This document shows, piece by piece, positions 1 through 9,894 of a stretch of DNA of 64,000 nucleotides. The position numbers were made by a program, and so were the translations under genes. Positions within the stretch are counted from its first letter, which is position 1; every line of letters begins with the position of its first letter. The DNA comes from Longimicrobiales bacterium (GTDB lineage: Bacteria; Gemmatimonadota; Gemmatimonadetes; Longimicrobiales; Gaopeijiaceae). The DNA lies in assembly GCA_963555795.3 (NCBI GenBank), contig CAUVXA020000004.1, positions 5,055 through 69,054 on the forward strand, given 5' to 3'. The notes beneath the pieces are model-generated. The model was given only the letters and a program-made list of their open reading frames with translations. It was not told the origin of the DNA and did no database searches.

Positions 1-245
1 TAGGGACCCCACGCCCAGGCTTCACCCCAGAAACACATCGCGCAGTCGGGGTCGTCCTTCTGTGCCTGCCGGAAGGAGCGAGCTGCTCGCAGCGGCGTGA
101 AGGCGTACATCATCTGCACGCCCTGGTCGAAGAACTTCTGCGCCTTCGACGAGGTGGTCGTGACCGGCCGGGTCAGGGGTCCCAGCGCGTCAGGATAGTA
201 GGTGGCCTCTTCGTCGAATCCAGCGGGGTATTCCACTTCCTGAGC
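1..245 (-). CDS. Partial CDS running off the left edge; TPR-like protein segment
   Basis: The minus frame reads ...EVEYPAGFDEEATYYPDALGPLTRPVTTTSSKAQKFFDQGVQMMYAFTPLRAARSFRQAQKDDPDCAMCFWGEAWAWGP. The FDQG..Y.F....A..SF..A...DPDCAM..WG.A pattern recalls a common TPR-like family. There is no in-frame start before the AT-rich break at about 250-320. Confidence 0.3.
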
Positions 246-789
246 GTCCGCTGTAGTATTTTTGTAACATCAAGCATAACAATGCGTTAGAGAGATCACT
301 ATCTGTGTACTATCACTATTGCTATGTGCTCGGGCCCGAACAGTCTCAGCCCCGATTCCGCCCCCACAGGAGCAGACACAGGGCCGAGTAAAAAGCGATC
401 AAACAGCTTGGGCGTGGCAGGCGTCGCAAGGACCAATCGTGGTATACCGGATGCTACCTACGGGTGCCCGGCCGGAGTGTGTTGACCCCAGCGGGGCCAG
501 AGCGATGCTGTGTTCGGGACCGGCTGCATCTCTCTCGGTGAACCGGACCGGGTGCGCCCATCCCACCGACCAGCCGTCAAGCCCCCGTGACCATCGGCCC
601 CGGTTGGACACGCCCGGCCACTCAATTCACTGTGCGGATGGTGCGGTCTCCGTAGTGTAGGGAGTTTTCTTCGCGGCTGTCAAATGACTGGCCAGCTCTT
701 GGCGTCACGGCCTGACCGTGGACTCCGGACGGTATTTCAATTGGCCGTGGCCTTGGAATACAGGGCCGACAACCCGTGCGACCGGATCA

Positions 790-1325
<536 letters not shown>

Positions 1326-2874
1326 AAGTCTTTTCCAACCCGGAGATGAGCCTGAAGTCGGCGAGGATTGAGAGCGAGGGATGAAGCCCGAGCACGGGGC
1401 AGGTGGCAGTTGAGGGAGCATCATTATCCCCCTGAACGGTGTAGAGACGCAACCGGCGAGCTGGGGGATCCCCGAGTCGCGGGAGGGTCTGCGGCGAGTC
1501 TGAGGCGGGCGCGGGGGCGGATCATGCGGCGGAGTCCCGGGCCTGGCCGATGGCACGGAGGAGTTCGTCGCGGGCTCGCTGAACGGCCTTGGCGGCGTCG
1601 AGGTCGGTGGTTGCGGCGGCGAGGCGGTCGAGGGCTTTGAGGGTGACGCCGGGCCGGAGGAAGTCTTCGGCGCCGGGCATTGCCCGGAAGCGCTCGTAGG
1701 GGGTGGCGACATCCTGCTGCCGGTAGCGCCTCTTGACGCGGCCGTTGGGGCCGGTGACCTCGGTGGCGAAGAGGCAGGGCCGGTGGAAGTTGAGGAAGGG
1801 GCAGAGGCTGCCTTGGAGGAAGTCGTTGACCTGGGGGACGAGGGCGTGGGGGACGTGGATGTGGCCGAGCCACTTGCGCACGATGCTGCCGTTCTTGGCC
1901 TCGACGAGGGCGTTGTCGTTGCAGTGGCGGGGCCGGGACTTCGTGAAGGTGCCGATGTGGAGCTGGTTGAGCAGGTCGGCGACCTGGCGGTTGATGTACT
2001 CGCTTCCGTTGTCGGCGTGGAAGGCCTGGACGGTGAAGGGGAAGGCGGAGATGAGGTCCTTCAGCACGGGGACCATGAAGTGCTGGGTGATGCGCGGCAC
2101 GGCGCCAAGGTGTTGGAACTGCGTGACTTCGTCGACGATGTTGACGAGGTAGATGCCCTTCTTGCCGCTCCGGTCTCCGAGGTGGACGGTGTCGACGCGG
2201 AGGAAGCCGGGCTGGCCATCGGGCCTCGGCTTGCGGCGGACCCCGATGGGGACGGGAGTAGGCCGGGTCTTGCGGAAGGTGAGGCGGCCGGTGCGGTACG
2301 CGCGGGTCTTGCGGAGGTTGTAGATGTGGCCTCCTGAGATGCGTGCGAGGCGCTCGAAGCGCACGTCTCCGTAGACATGGAACATGCGCCAGAGGATCAC
2401 CTTGGTGGCGGGTCCGGAGAGCTGGCCGAAGGCCTCGTCGACCTCGGCCAGCAGGGCGGCGTCAAGGTAGGTGTAGCGGCGCGCGAAGGCGTTGGCCGGG
2501 GGCTTGCCGCGGTGGTCGCGGATGTGCCCGGTCCGGCGGTGTTGCCGGATGAGGCGGGTGACCTGGGCCCTGGAGAGGCCCGTCACCTTCTCGAGGTACC
2601 GCTTCACCAGGCCCTTGTCCGGCTTCCTGAGGCCGTGGTACTCGAAGCGAACCAGGGTCCGGCGCACGAGGGCGTACGCGGAGTCACGGCGGGTGGGCTG
2701 GAAGTCCGCGGCTTCGTTGCCCTCCAGGAAGGCGCGGAGCTGGTCGAGGGTGCGTATCCGTTCGGTGCGAAGTGTCACGATCATCCTCCAATGATCTCTT
2801 CGCCCCGGACTGCAGGCTCATCTCCCGCTGGAAACAGGATCCGAGTTCAGGCTCATGTGCCGTTGGACAAGACT
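1326..2874 (-). mobile_element. Complete insertion sequence (about 1.55 kb) inserted in the hsdM relic
   Basis: Imperfect terminal inverted repeats AGTCTT(T/G)TCCAAC at both ends. The 5-bp direct repeat CGATC lies at 1321-1325 and 2875-2879. The element has a single transposase ORF. Confidence 0.8.
1522..2784 (-). CDS. DDE transposase with integrase-core (rve) domain; IS family uncertain (IS481/ISNCY-like)
   Basis: 420-aa ORF with an N-terminal HTH-like region and rve-like motifs: [52 protein letters not shown]. Confidence 0.85.
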   Translation of the reverse strand: MIVTLRTERIRTLDQLRAFLEGNEAADFQPTRRDSAYALVRRTLVRFEYHGLRKPDKGLVKRYLEKVTGLSRAQVTRLIRQHRRTGHIRDHRGKPPANAFARRYTYLDAALLAEVDEAFGQLSGPATKVILWRMFHVYGDVRFERLARISGGHIYNLRKTRAYRTGRLTFRKTRPTPVPIGVRRKPRPDGQPGFLRVDTVHLGDRSGKKGIYLVNIVDEVTQFQHLGAVPRITQHFMVPVLKDLISAFPFTVQAFHADNGSEYINRQVADLLNQLHIGTFTKSRPRHCNDNALVEAKNGSIVRKWLGHIHVPHALVPQVNDFLQGSLCPFLNFHRPCLFATEVTGPNGRVKRRYRQQDVATPYERFRAMPGAEDFLRPGVTLKALDRLAAATTDLDAAKAVQRARDELLRAIGQARDSAA

Positions 2875-3300
2875 CGATCTGTCCGGCGATCCCGCGAATA
2901 GCCAGATTCATCTTGGCGAGCCGCCACGTCGTGTAGTTCGACTCCTGGCCGTAGATCGAGATGTCGCCCCGCACCTTGCCGCCGTTCCCGTTGCCGTTTG
3001 CCTGGGCTCGAATGAACTCGACCGACTGCACGAACATGCCCGAGGATCCGCAGCAGGGGTCGTAGACGCGCCCCACGGTAGGGTTCGAGCATCTCGACGA
3101 GTAGCTTGACCACGCAGCGCGGGGTGTAGAACTCGCCGCCCCTCTTGTCCTCGGCACTGGCGAACTGTGAGAGGAAGTACTCATACACGCGGCCGAGAAC
3201 GTCTCGGGAGCGGGCTTCGGCATCCCCGATGCGGATGTTGCCGATCATGTCGATTATCGGTGATTTCCGGGATTCTGGAGGACCACCCTTCCGATAATAC
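2875..3300 (-). pseudogene. hsdM: HsdM relic, central part (frameshifted; N-terminal ~130 aa missing)
   Basis: [42 protein letters not shown], then a frameshift near 3068, then [24 protein letters not shown]...[29 protein letters not shown]. It abuts the IS end. Confidence 0.8.
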
Positions 3301-3546
3301 CACACCACCGAAAACCGTTGTTCCGGTTGCGTTTACGGTAGTGTGGTTCCCCCGCCGACAGGCGTGAGATTGAGGAGGTTCACGGCACTCGTGAGGTGCG
3401 CCGACGGCGTCGGTGACCGGGCTGTTTCGGCGCTCACCCGCCCCGGGCGGTCAAATCCAGCGGGCGGCCTCCGTGTGCCCCGAGTAGCCCGGAACCCCGT
3501 GGTTGGCCCTTCGCGCTCCAGCACCGGTCCCCGCACGTGGCTTGGG

Positions 3547-3771
3547 TCATGGCCCGCGGGGGGACGGCACATCCCAAACCACATGGGTCTTGACCGTTTC
3601 CGTGGCGGTAAACTGTATCGGCTCCGGCAGGTAGTCCGGCATCTCCGGCGGGTTTTCCGCCTCCACTCCCGCCTCCACTCCAGGCTCTAGGCCCACATCC
3701 ACCGGGTCCCCCGTGCGGATACACCACCACGCGACACACACTACCATCACCCACACCATGAGTCCAATCAC
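3547..3771 (-). CDS. Hypothetical small membrane protein
   Basis: The GTG start overlaps the stop of the upstream frame (GTGA). It has one clear TM helix (IGLMVWVMVVCVAWWCI) followed by an acidic tail. No family recognised. Confidence 0.3.
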   Translation of the reverse strand: MIGLMVWVMVVCVAWWCIRTGDPVDVGLEPGVEAGVEAENPPEMPDYLPEPIQFTATETVKTHVVWDVPSPRGP

Positions 3772-3889
3772 CTCAACCCCTCCCGCTTGAGCGCGGCCAC
3801 CAGCTCCGCCTGTGAGCCGTCCGGCGCGGCACGTCCCCCGTTGCTCCGCGATGAGGTAGTCCAGCACCGGTCCCCGCAGGTGGCTTGGG

Positions 3890-4219
3890 TCACAAACGGC
3901 TCTCCTCCAAAATTGCCACGTGTGTCCACCCGGCAACCATCATAGGCTGCCCACTGCGGTTCTTCCACCACCTAAAGCCCCCCGTTACGAGTACAAACCC
4001 CACCACCTCCCACCGTTCCCCCTTGTACTCACACCGGACCCGGATTTTACGACCTTCCCGATAAGCATCCTCCAACACGGAAGCCGCCCGGACCATCATA
4101 CCGGGGAACGTCCAAAACCGTAGCTCGTCGTCACCACGGTGAACCCCCATGGACAACCACAACCGGTGAAACACGCCCCCATCTTCAATCTCAACGCTAC
4201 CGCCGGGAATCACCTTCAC
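3890..4219 (-). CDS. Hypothetical protein (109 aa)
   Basis: The GTG start overlaps the upstream stop (GTGA). Composition looks globular (ELRFWTFPGMMVRAASVLEDAYREGRKIRVRCEYKGERWEVVGFVL). No family recognised. Confidence 0.3.
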   Translation of the reverse strand: MKVIPGGSVEIEDGGVFHRLWLSMGVHRGDDELRFWTFPGMMVRAASVLEDAYREGRKIRVRCEYKGERWEVVGFVLVTGGFRWWKNRSGQPMMVAGWTHVAILEESRL

Positions 4220-4752
4220 CTCAACCCCTCCGCCTTGAGTTTGGCCACCAGCGCCGCTTGGGAGCCGGTGCCCTTCTTGCCATGCCCTCCCGCTTGCTTG
4301 AGCGACGTGCCCTTCTTTGGAGGTGCACGGACAACAGTTGAAGGTAGCGGGCGCGTCAACTCCACCGGTGTACACCGGCGGAGGGGTTCTCGCCGGTCAG
4401 TCCTCCCGCCGGACGGGCGTGGAGGTGACTTGCCCCTTGAGGTGGCCGGTGCGGAGGAGCCCGGCGTCGACGATCCCTCCATGATGCGCTTCTTGAGGAG
4501 GTCCCCGGCCTGCTCCATGCCTTCCGCGGCACCCCTTCCATCTGGTAGAAGGTGGTCGGACAGCACGTCCAGTACCTCCGGGGCGGCGTCCTCCACCGCC
4601 TTGGAGAAGAAGCGGGCGGTCGTGATGCGGATGGTAGGGCGGCGGCTGATGTACCGGGACTTGGTGGCCGAATAGCCTCCGAAATTGCGGGGGGGGGGGG
4701 GGGCGATGGCCCGTACTCTGGCGGGACCCACCCCCACCACGGAGCCCGCCAT
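4216..4752 (-). CDS. Hypothetical protein; N-terminal region carries the poly-Pro encoded by the G15 tract
   Basis: 178-aa ORF. The central part looks protein-like (FGGYSATKSRYISRRPTIRITTARFFSKAVEDAAPEVLDVLSDHL). The C-terminus GSQAALVAKLKAEGLR recurs at 3768-3815. Integrity is doubtful. Confidence 0.25.
   Translation of the reverse strand: MAGSVVGVGPARVRAIAPPPPRNFGGYSATKSRYISRRPTIRITTARFFSKAVEDAAPEVLDVLSDHLLPDGRGAAEGMEQAGDLLKKRIMEGSSTPGSSAPATSRGKSPPRPSGGRTDRREPLRRCTPVELTRPLPSTVVRAPPKKGTSLKQAGGHGKKGTGSQAALVAKLKAEGLR
4689..4703. repeat. G15 homopolymer tract
   Basis: Counted directly: 15 consecutive G on the plus strand. Confidence 0.95.
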
Positions 4753-4810
4753 GTTCGATTCTCACCCCAGCCTATTCGGGGCTGGTGGCCCTGAACACCG
4801 GACGTTGTAC

Positions 4811-5100
4811 TGGAGCTACCCCGCTTTCACGGACGGTTGGTTTCTGGGGTTGATGGTGTCTGATATGGTTCCTTTTCTCCCTCGTCATTCCAGTGAGAGA
4901 GGCAACGTACATCGCGGACGAGGCGAACAGCCAGGAGAAGTCCGGAGCGCTTCGGTCGCCCCGGCGCTGCACCTTCGCTTCAGGCCGCATGGTTGAGTCT
5001 CTCGAAGTTCGTCGGCGACTTGTAGCCGAGCGCCGAGTGGATCCTGCGGGTGTTGTAGAAGCCCTTGATGAAGCCGAAGACTTCACGCCGCGCGCCGCGT
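4811..5100 (-). mobile_element. IS3-family right-end remnant (OrfB C-terminus plus terminal repeat); same element type as 20221-20671
   Basis: The terminus TGGAGCTACCCCGCTTTCACGGACGG starts at 4811. The minus frame ends ...REVFGFIKGFYNTRRIHSALGYKSPTNFERLNHAA*. Nucleotide similarity to 20380-20671 is lost beyond about 5100. An unrelated IS3 HTH scrap (KNGLCRVLGLSPCGYYDWL) follows at about 5105-5215. Confidence 0.7.
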
Positions 5101-5225
5101 CCGCGCCGAGGGAGGACGCGTCAGCCAGTCGTAGTACCCGCAGGGGGAGAGACCCAGCACGCGGCACAGGCCATTCTTGCCCCCCAGGGTCCGCACGCGC
5201 CTGCGTTTCCTGCACCTGTTGCGGC

Positions 5226-5921
5226 TCATCCGTCAGGGCCGATCCCGGCTGCTGGGTCGCTCTCACTCGATCGACGGCGCCCGAACTGCTCGATCTCCTG
5301 CCGGATCTCTGGCCGCTCAAGCACTCTGGCCATCGCCTGCACATGGCCCCGCATAGCTGACAGGTTCTTCGATAGTGCTTCGAGTGCCTTGACGCCCCGA
5401 AGCTCCGGGGGTTCCGATGCATCGGTTGCGAGGAAAGAGCGAACTTCCAACACCGAGTTCGACGTGTGTTCCGTCGGATCCCACGGGAACCTTCGACGGC
5501 TCTGGTACGTTGCGGACACCTGCACGGGCACATCGCCCAATGTTTCGCGAAGGGCACCGAACGGACCCCATGTCAAGACCCGGCGACCGCCTGGGCCGAG
5601 AACAGGAATGCCCTCGATCAACGGTCCCTCCCGCATCGGCTCCAGTTTCTGGCCGTCGGGGAGTCGTTCGACGCTCCACGCGTCCTTGGGGATCTCGCGA
5701 GAAAGCTCGAACCGAACGTCAAAGGCGGATGAGGCTCCCACATTCTCGATCACGATGATCAGGACCGATGGTCGCCGGTCATCATGGGCCGTGTACACCA
5801 CGATATCTGGATCCACGTGTGACCGGAGGAGGTAGTAGTTGATGGTAAAACCGCCCACGCTTGCGGCCACCAGCATGATCGTGGCGACGAGCATCGCCAA
5901 CTGGATCCAATCTTGTCCCAT
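5226..5921 (-). CDS. Hypothetical membrane-anchored protein
   Basis: ATG preceded by GAAGGA. N-terminal TM helix (WIQLAMLVATIMLVAASVGGF), then about 200 aa that look globular. No family recognised. Confidence 0.45.
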   Translation of the reverse strand: MGQDWIQLAMLVATIMLVAASVGGFTINYYLLRSHVDPDIVVYTAHDDRRPSVLIIVIENVGASSAFDVRFELSREIPKDAWSVERLPDGQKLEPMREGPLIEGIPVLGPGGRRVLTWGPFGALRETLGDVPVQVSATYQSRRRFPWDPTEHTSNSVLEVRSFLATDASEPPELRGVKALEALSKNLSAMRGHVQAMARVLERPEIRQEIEQFGRRRSSESDPAAGIGPDG

Positions 5922-6182
5922 GTTTCTTCCTTCGCCGACCTTTGGTTCCTCTTGAATCCGCGTGTTCCCCGTACCTTCCGGGACACGCCCGGTGCTCAAC
6001 ACTACGAGGAATGTAGCCCTAACCGGTCTGAGCGCTCTCGGTGACCCGACGGGCGCATGGATGCGGTGACGACGGTCGGGACATCCGCCAATCGATCCCG
6101 CATTTCCGGCTACACAGAGACGATGGAGTCGGGGCCGGTCAAGCGGCAAGAACGGCAGGTTTGCCTCGCGGTGGGTTGCTCT

Positions 6183-6947
6183 CTAAGCCCTTTCGCCAAA
6201 AACCTCGTCGAATTGACGTATGGCTTCGCGAGCATGAGCGACCAGTCTGTCGACAAACTCCCTCAGCGTTCTGGACTCCAGAAGGTCGTCGGGCAATCTC
6301 ACATCCGGTTGCTCGGCGAAAGCCTCAGAGACGGGCAGTGGCGGAAAGACAGGTTGTGAGCGACCGGGGAGCGGAACGTAAGCGATCATGAACACCGAGC
6401 GAAGCTGGAGGTGTTCCCCACGCAATCGAATGAATTCCTTTCGGCCTTCCGCAGGAAGCGCATCCGCCTTTCGCAAAATGCGGCTGTTGATCGGCTCAGT
6501 GTACTCCACCAATGGGTCCAACTCGCAGCGCAATAAGGGCAGAGCATGCAAGTGGTACCAACGCTCGGCAAACAACTCTTGAAACTCTTCCCAAGAGAGC
6601 AGATCAACGTTGCTCTTTTCAGCGGCGGTGTAGGCACCGGACTGAAACCCCCCTGACGACACTATGAATCCTTGGTTCGCACCGGAATCTGCTACTATCG
6701 TCCGGAACGCGTGGACAACCCCCTGCGGCACGGCAGACTTCCAGTGTTTGCATTCAACCAAATAGGTGATTCGCGGGTCGGAGGAATCGTCACGTGCGAA
6801 GACATCAGCCGACGCTTGTCCTCGGACGAGTTCTACTGGCGTGTCGATCTCAACCTCAAGTCCGGCTTCACGCAGGATGCGGCCTACCGCGTTCTGAAGC
6901 TCCTGCCAATGTTCCGGCGAGCCAGGCTCAATGATCACTGGTTTCAA
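6183..6947 (-). CDS. Mrr-like (Mrr_cat type) restriction endonuclease-fold protein with about 130 aa of extra C-terminal region
   Basis: TTG start after AAGGTAGG. The core SADVFARDD...ITYLVECKHWKSAVPQGVVHAFRTIVADSGANQGFIVSSGGFQSGAYTAAE matches the D...(E/Q)xK Mrr catalytic layout. Local GC is visibly lower than the surroundings. Confidence 0.7.
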   Translation of the reverse strand: MKPVIIEPGSPEHWQELQNAVGRILREAGLEVEIDTPVELVRGQASADVFARDDSSDPRITYLVECKHWKSAVPQGVVHAFRTIVADSGANQGFIVSSGGFQSGAYTAAEKSNVDLLSWEEFQELFAERWYHLHALPLLRCELDPLVEYTEPINSRILRKADALPAEGRKEFIRLRGEHLQLRSVFMIAYVPLPGRSQPVFPPLPVSEAFAEQPDVRLPDDLLESRTLREFVDRLVAHAREAIRQFDEVFGERA

Positions 6948-7176
6948 CCTACCTTATTCATTGAATCTACTCGTCGAAAGCAATCTGGGGGGTTGACGGG
7001 GCTCCGGCAAGGGGGAAGGTGCGCCGAACGGGTTTTCGGGGGCGGTGCGGTCGGGATCCGGGTGCGGAACACGCAGTTCACCCGGCGCAGATGGCCGGTT
7101 TCCGGCACTTGGAGACACCACGGCGCCGTGCGGGCCGCAGGGCCGGGAGAGGGGTCGGCGCGGCGGTGCGGCCGCG

Positions 7177-8306
7177 CTATCCGGAGGGTCCGTGCAGGGT
7201 CGCAAGCCCGCAGGCGAGCATGCGCCAGTGCGCCGACGCGCCTCCGGTGGTCATCGTGATCCGGCGGCCCGAGACGGTGAAGCGCGCCGGGGTGCGGAGC
7301 ACGCGTTCGGCAAGGCGCCGCAGGCTCCAGCCAGTGCCTGTCACGCGCTCCAGCACGGTGCGCTGGACGTGCATGATCTGGTAGCCGAAGCCGGCGAGCA
7401 GCAGGCGGACCTGGTTGCACGCGAAGGCGTCGACCCCCTTCTCGCGCTTCCTGATCTCCTTGCCCCGGTAGTGGCTCTTGCGGCGCGACGTCGACGACAG
7501 GGCCGGGGCCACGACGCTCATCAGCTCGCCCAGGTGGCCCTCCGCCTTGCCGCGTTTGCGGTACAGCGCCAGGAGGTCCTCGCCGGACATCTCCCCGGAG
7601 GGCATCGAAGTCAGCAGCCAGAAGCAGCGCGGGATGAGTTCGCCCGGCCGCTCGACGACGACCTGCACGACCCTGCGGGAACGGGACCACGACCCGGACC
7701 GGTAGGACGACTCGCAGACCCAGGTGCGGGGCTCGCCAGCGGGCGCCCCGTTGCTCAACGCATCCCAGACCACGGCGTCCATGGCCGGCAGCGCCAGGCG
7801 CTTCAGCACGGCGTTGTTGCGCACCCGGGCAAACGTAGTGCCTGCCCCGGGCCTCCAGCGCCGCCAGCAGCTCCTCTCCGGGATACCCGGCGTCGAAACG
7901 GACCATCGCCTTCTCACAGAGAAACCGCTCCGCCCGGTCCAGGACCCCGACGATGAAGCCGAGGCCGCCGTCGGCCGTGTGCGCCGCCCCCCTGCGGAGC
8001 CGGACATCGAGGAGATCCCCCGCCTCGCCCACCGGCGCCACCAGGGGATGGGTAGACCCGGGCCCGGTAGTAGCCGTTCCGCTCGCTTCCCGGCTGTCTG
8101 CCGTGAACCTCCGCCGGCAGGCTGTCCAGGTCGATCACCAGCCGCTTCGGCAACCGGCCGTGCTTCATGGCCCGGATCCGCCACCCCGCGAACCGCGCAA
8201 GCCCGTCGCAAAGCAGCTTGGCGTTCTTCCCCCTCCCCAGCGCCGCCACCACCCGCGACAGCGTGGGCTGTGACGCCAGCGACCGCCCCAGAGGTGCCGT
8301 CCCCGC
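7177..8306 (-). pseudogene. IS1380-family transposase fragment (5'-truncated, at least 2 frameshifts)
   Basis: Three frames must be chained: LASQPTLSR...RLVIDLDSLPAEVHGRQPGSERNGYY / VGEAGDLLDVRLRRGAAHTADGGLGFIVGVLDRAERFLCEKAMVRFDAGYPGEELLAALEARG / ARVRNNAVLKRLA...LLALYRKRGKAEGHLGELM. It is colinear with the intact copy at 49255-50667. Confidence 0.7.
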
Positions 8307-8617
8307 CCGGTCGCTCACCGTGCTGTTGGCGATGCCGAGCGACCTGCCGATCTCGCGGTGGCTGCGCCCGAGCTCGTACTTCAGGCGCAGCAGTTCTCGA
8401 ATCTTCCGCATGGACAACCTTCTCTGTGACACCCTCTTCCTCCTCGTCTCCGGGGACCTCGGCGAGGATGGAAGAAAGGCGTCGCTACAGCAGGTTCTCG
8501 AGCGCTCCTACTCGCTCACTCCAGGGTGATCGGCATGCTCTGGAAACCGTGCTCGGCATGCTCTGGAATCGGTGATCGGCTTGAATCGGAATCACTGATC
8601 GGCATGCGCCGGAATCA
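8307..8617 (-). mobile_element. IS21-family left-end remnant (IstA N-terminus plus terminal multi-repeats)
   Basis: MSQRRLSMRKIRELLRLKYELGRSHREIGRSLGIANSTVSDR is a typical IstA HTH start. It is broken after aa 42 by the IS1380 fragment. Upstream lie four 23-bp repeats ending in ...CA at 8617. Confidence 0.5.
8526..8617. repeat. Four contiguous imperfect 23-bp tandem repeats
   Basis: GTGATCGGCATGCTCTGGAAACC / GTGCTCGGCATGCTCTGGAATCG / GTGATCGGCTTGAATCGGAATCA / CTGATCGGCATGCGCCGGAATCA, at 8526, 8549, 8572 and 8595. Confidence 0.85.
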
Positions 8618-8620
8618 GCA

Positions 8621-9821
8621 GGAGCGCGGCATCGCGTGGCGGTGTGCGGACTCGTTTTCGCTGCGCGAGTTTCTGGGATACGGGCTGGCGGAGAACCCGC
8701 CGGAGCATTCCACGCTGTCGAAGACGCGGAAGCGGCTGAGCGTTGAGGCGCACGCGGCGGTCTTCGGCTTCGTTCTGGAGCGGCTGCAGGTGTCGGGCCT
8801 GCTGCGCGGCAAGACGCTGGGCGTCGACGCGACGACGCTGGAGGCGAACGCGGCGCTGCGCACGATTGTGCGGCGCGCCGGCGGGACGGACTACGAGGAG
8901 TGGCTGGAGCAGCTGGCGCGGGCCTCGGGGATCGAGACGCCGACGCGGGAAGACCTGGCGAAGCTGGACCGGAAGCGTCCGAACAAGGGGTCGAACAAGG
9001 ACTGGGTGCATCCGCACGATCCGGAGGCGCGGATCACGAAGATGAAGGACGGCAGGACACACCTGGCGCACAAGCTCGAACACGCGGTCGATATGGAAAC
9101 CGGAGCCATCGTCGGGCTGACGGTGCAGACGATGGACGGGGGAGACACCGCCTCGCTGCCGGTCACGCTGGACGAGGCGGAGCGGCAGCTGGCGGAGGCG
9201 GGAGTGGAGGCGAAGGAGGTGGTGGCGGACAAGGGCTACCACTCGAACGCGACCATGACGGGCGTGAAGGAGCGGAAGCTGCGGGCGTACGTGAGCGAGC
9301 CCAACCGGGGGCGCCGGAAGTGGAAGGGCAAGCGGGACGCGCAGAAGGCGACCTATGCCAACCGCCGGCGGATCCGGGGCAACCGGGGCAAGCGGCTGCA
9401 GCGCGGGCGCGGGGAGAAGGTGGAGCGGCCGTTCGCGCACATGCTTGAGACCGGCGGCATGCGCCGCCTCCACGTTCGGGGCCAGCAGAACATTCGAAAA
9501 CGAATGCTCGTCCACGCGGCGGCCTTCAACCTCGGGCTCCTCATGCGCAAGCGTTTCGGTTTCGGCACCCCGCGCGGCTTGCAGGGCCTCGCCGCGGCGA
9601 AAGCCGCGCTCGCGGCTCAGGCCACAACCGCCGTTTCGCACTTTCTTCGCCCTCTTCGCTCGTTGTTTGCCATCCTGGCCGCCGTTTTGCCCTTTCTGAG
9701 CCCAAATGGCAGCCGTTCACGCCCAAAACTCCGTCTTCTGCACAACCCAACTCCACTCCCGCGGCTCCGCCCGCCCGCACACGGAGCCGGCTGGAATCCC
9801 TGTTCTTCCACGGGCTGCTAG
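8621..9821 (+). mobile_element. 5'-truncated IS1182-family (IS5-like) copy
   Basis: Colinear with 24779-25958 from ERGIAWRCADSFSLREFLG onward and ends in the same ...TTCCACGGGCTGCTAG terminus. It lacks the first ~80 codons and the left repeat. Confidence 0.8.
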
Positions 9822-9894
9822 GGTACTATTCTGGTTCGGCCGACCCTTGTAGGGTGCTCGATGGTTTCGGCAGCAAGGAGTCACAACCAACAAC

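Noticed and set aside
8526-8617. Possible CRISPR-like array (regular 23-bp repeats).
   Set aside because: The repeats are contiguous with no spacers, are imperfect, and sit where IS21 terminal multi-repeats are expected. I saw no cas genes in the window.
8592-9641. 349-aa minus-strand ORF, its 442-aa counterpart at 24432-25760, and several 100-265-aa alternates.
   Set aside because: They are antisense or out of frame relative to the IS1182 transposases. The repeated occurrence simply mirrors the repeated IS.
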